From positions 25,221 to 89,220 of the forward strand of contig CAMFNB010000001.1 of assembly GCA_945965275.1 (NCBI GenBank): a stretch of 64,000 nucleotides of DNA, read 5' to 3'. Below are positions 62,526-64,000 of the stretch, one piece after another. The translations under genes were made by a program, and so were the position numbers. Position 1 is the first letter of the stretch, and each line of letters begins with the position of its first letter. Source of the DNA: an uncultured Clostridia bacterium (lineage in GTDB: Bacteria > Bacillota > Clostridia > UBA1212 > SIG427). The notes beneath the pieces were generated by a model. That model did not search any database. It had not been told where the DNA came from and saw only the letters and a list, made by a program, of their open reading frames with translations.

Positions 62526-62531
62526 TTTTAA

Positions 62532-63167
62532 TCACGGCTTATTATTCAACGTGGCAAGCAAAACGCCGTCGCCTGTTTCAAGCAGAGTGGCGGCGTAATC
62601 TTTGTCGCTCATTACTTTTTCCAGGAAAGCGCGAAGATTCGCGATTATAGTTCTGTGCTTGTGAGGTGCCTCTTCGGGAGAGTCGAAAATTTTACCGTAA
62701 TAGATAACATTGTCACAGACAAGCAGTCCTCCCTGACGGAGCAGCTTCTTTATGCAGTCATACATGAGTATGTATTGGCTTTTTGCGCTGTCCACAAAAA
62801 TCATGTCATAGGTTCCGTTGAGGCTTTCGAATACTTCGAGAGCATCTCCCACGATAACACGGATTCGTGAGGAAAGTCCTGCTTCCGCAATATTGCGACG
62901 GGCGGTCATTGCTGTGTCCGGATCTATTTCTATTGTGTCGATATGTGAAGAATTTGATTCATCGGCCTGTGCCATAAGAATGGAGGAGTAGCCAATGGCA
63001 GTTCCGGCTTCCAGTATTCTGGCAGGCTTGTGTGATTTTACAAGGAATCGTAAAAGTGCTGCCATATCCAGTCGAACGATAGGCACAAACTCAGCCTCTC
63101 CGTATGCACGGAGCTTCTGTAAAAATTCAGAGTCTTCTTTTAACAGATTCCTGAGATACTGATCCAT
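62532..63167 (-). CDS. class I SAM-dependent O-methyltransferase (YrrM/TrmR-like)
   Basis: O-MT family 3 pattern; adjacent to mltG as in Bacillus yrrL-yrrM. Confidence 0.8.
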   Translation of the reverse strand: MDQYLRNLLKEDSEFLQKLRAYGEAEFVPIVRLDMAALLRFLVKSHKPARILEAGTAIGYSSILMAQADESNSSHIDTIEIDPDTAMTARRNIAEAGLSSRIRVIVGDALEVFESLNGTYDMIFVDSAKSQYILMYDCIKKLLRQGGLLVCDNVIYYGKIFDSPEEAPHKHRTIIANLRAFLEKVMSDKDYAATLLETGDGVLLATLNNKP

Positions 63168-63170
63168 TGA

Positions 63171-64000
63171 TTAGAAACCGTTATGAGCCTTATGCTCGTC
63201 AAATGTACGAGAGAAGATATGGCCACTGGAGCCGTCTGTTCTCGCCACGAAATAATAGTAGTCGTGATGTGAATAATTAAGTACTGCCTCAATTGAGCTG
63301 AGACCGGGGTTACAGATAGGTCCCGGAGGAAGTCCTTTGTACAGATATGTGTTATATAAATCGTCAATCTTCGTATTTGCAGCTGTTACCGTTTCGAGTG
63401 TCTGCTGGAGCTTTTTTACGTAGATATATCTGATTGTTGCACATGACTGAAGTTTTTGAAGGTCTTTGCTGCGCAGACGGTTGATGAATACGCCGGCAAT
63501 CATGGGACGCTCGTTTTCAAGTATGGCCTCTTTCTCTACGAGAGAAGCAAGTATCATAACCTGATCCTGTGTGAGACCGATTTCTTCGGCCTTTGTAAAG
63601 AATTCAGGGGCATATACTTCGTTATACCTGTTAAGCATCTTGTAAATTATCGTATCCGGTGAAGAGTTAACTTCAAATTCGTAAGTATCAGGGAAGAGAT
63701 AACCGTCAAGACGATGATCTCTATTGTCATGCTTTGAAATGAATGTGTAGGATGTAAGGTCCTGGGTTTCCACTGCTGAAAGGAAGTCTTTGGCTGAACA
63801 TACCTTATTTGCTTCAAGGCGGGCAGCAATTTGTGCAGTGGTGAAGCCTTCGGGTATTGTTACCTTTACACTTTCAGGGTTACTTGTGAGAATAACCATG
63901 ATTTCTTCCTGAGAAAGGCCTTTTGCAAGTGTATATGTTCCGGCTTTGTAATTTCCGTCATATCCGTTGAACTTTGAGAGGAATTTGTAAATAAAGGTAC
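63171..64000 (-). CDS. mltG: endolytic murein transglycosylase MltG/YceG (partial, N-terminus beyond window end)
   Basis: YceG C-terminal pattern; reading frame stays open upstream of the listed Met (…YKAGTYTLAKGLSQEEIMVIL…). Confidence 0.75.
   Translation of the reverse strand, partial: TFIYKFLSKFNGYDGNYKAGTYTLAKGLSQEEIMVILTSNPESVKVTIPEGFTTAQIAARLEANKVCSAKDFLSAVETQDLTSYTFISKHDNRDHRLDGYLFPDTYEFEVNSSPDTIIYKMLNRYNEVYAPEFFTKAEEIGLTQDQVMILASLVEKEAILENERPMIAGVFINRLRSKDLQKLQSCATIRYIYVKKLQQTLETVTAANTKIDDLYNTYLYKGLPPGPICNPGLSSIEAVLNYSHHDYYYFVARTDGSSGHIFSRTFDEHKAHNGF

Overview
This 64 kb window spans the chromosomal replication origin of a low-GC Firmicute, probably a Clostridia (Oscillospiraceae/Ruminococcus-like) organism, judged from a dockerin-bearing secreted protein and a RemB/YaaB homolog. 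The origin core is syntenic and confidently assigned. To the left and on the minus strand lie dnaA, dnaN, recF, remB, gyrB, a cluster of four parS sites, parA, parB and serS. To the right and on the plus strand lie rpmH, rnpA, yidD, yidC, jag, mnmE, mnmG, rsmG, a second ParB-like (Noc-like) gene and gyrA. The dnaN-dnaA spacer carries a DnaA-box cluster. Further right are housekeeping cell-wall genes (ddl, murI, a partial mltG). The left ~35 kb is accessory-like. It carries at least four toxin-antitoxin pairs (a Fic module, RelBE, Phd-VapC next to a tRNA-Ser(UGA), and Phd-Doc), an ADP-ribosylglycohydrolase, a vWA protein, a single-chain double-DTG aspartic protease, carbohydrate-active genes (GH36 alpha-galactosidase, a six-hairpin glycoside hydrolase, a lamin-tail/EEP/dockerin protein), a PutP-like symporter and PaaK. 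Two candidate uncharacterized systems stand out. (1) At the left end, two paralogous wHTH-WYL regulators and a third small HTH protein head tandem modules of proteins with no recognizable family. These include a 444-aa protein, a strongly acidic 167-aa protein, a Cys-rich 251-aa protein, a two-TM coiled-coil protein, a 67-aa Cys-rich peptide and an 81-aa DFYGRI-repeat peptide. This architecture resembles the BrxR/CapW-type WYL-regulated defense islands described in the literature. (2) A translationally coupled three-gene operon is built around a 672-aa SpoVK/CbxX-type AAA+ ATPase with a ~400-aa unknown N-terminal extension. No integrase, transposase, CRISPR array or rRNA was found.
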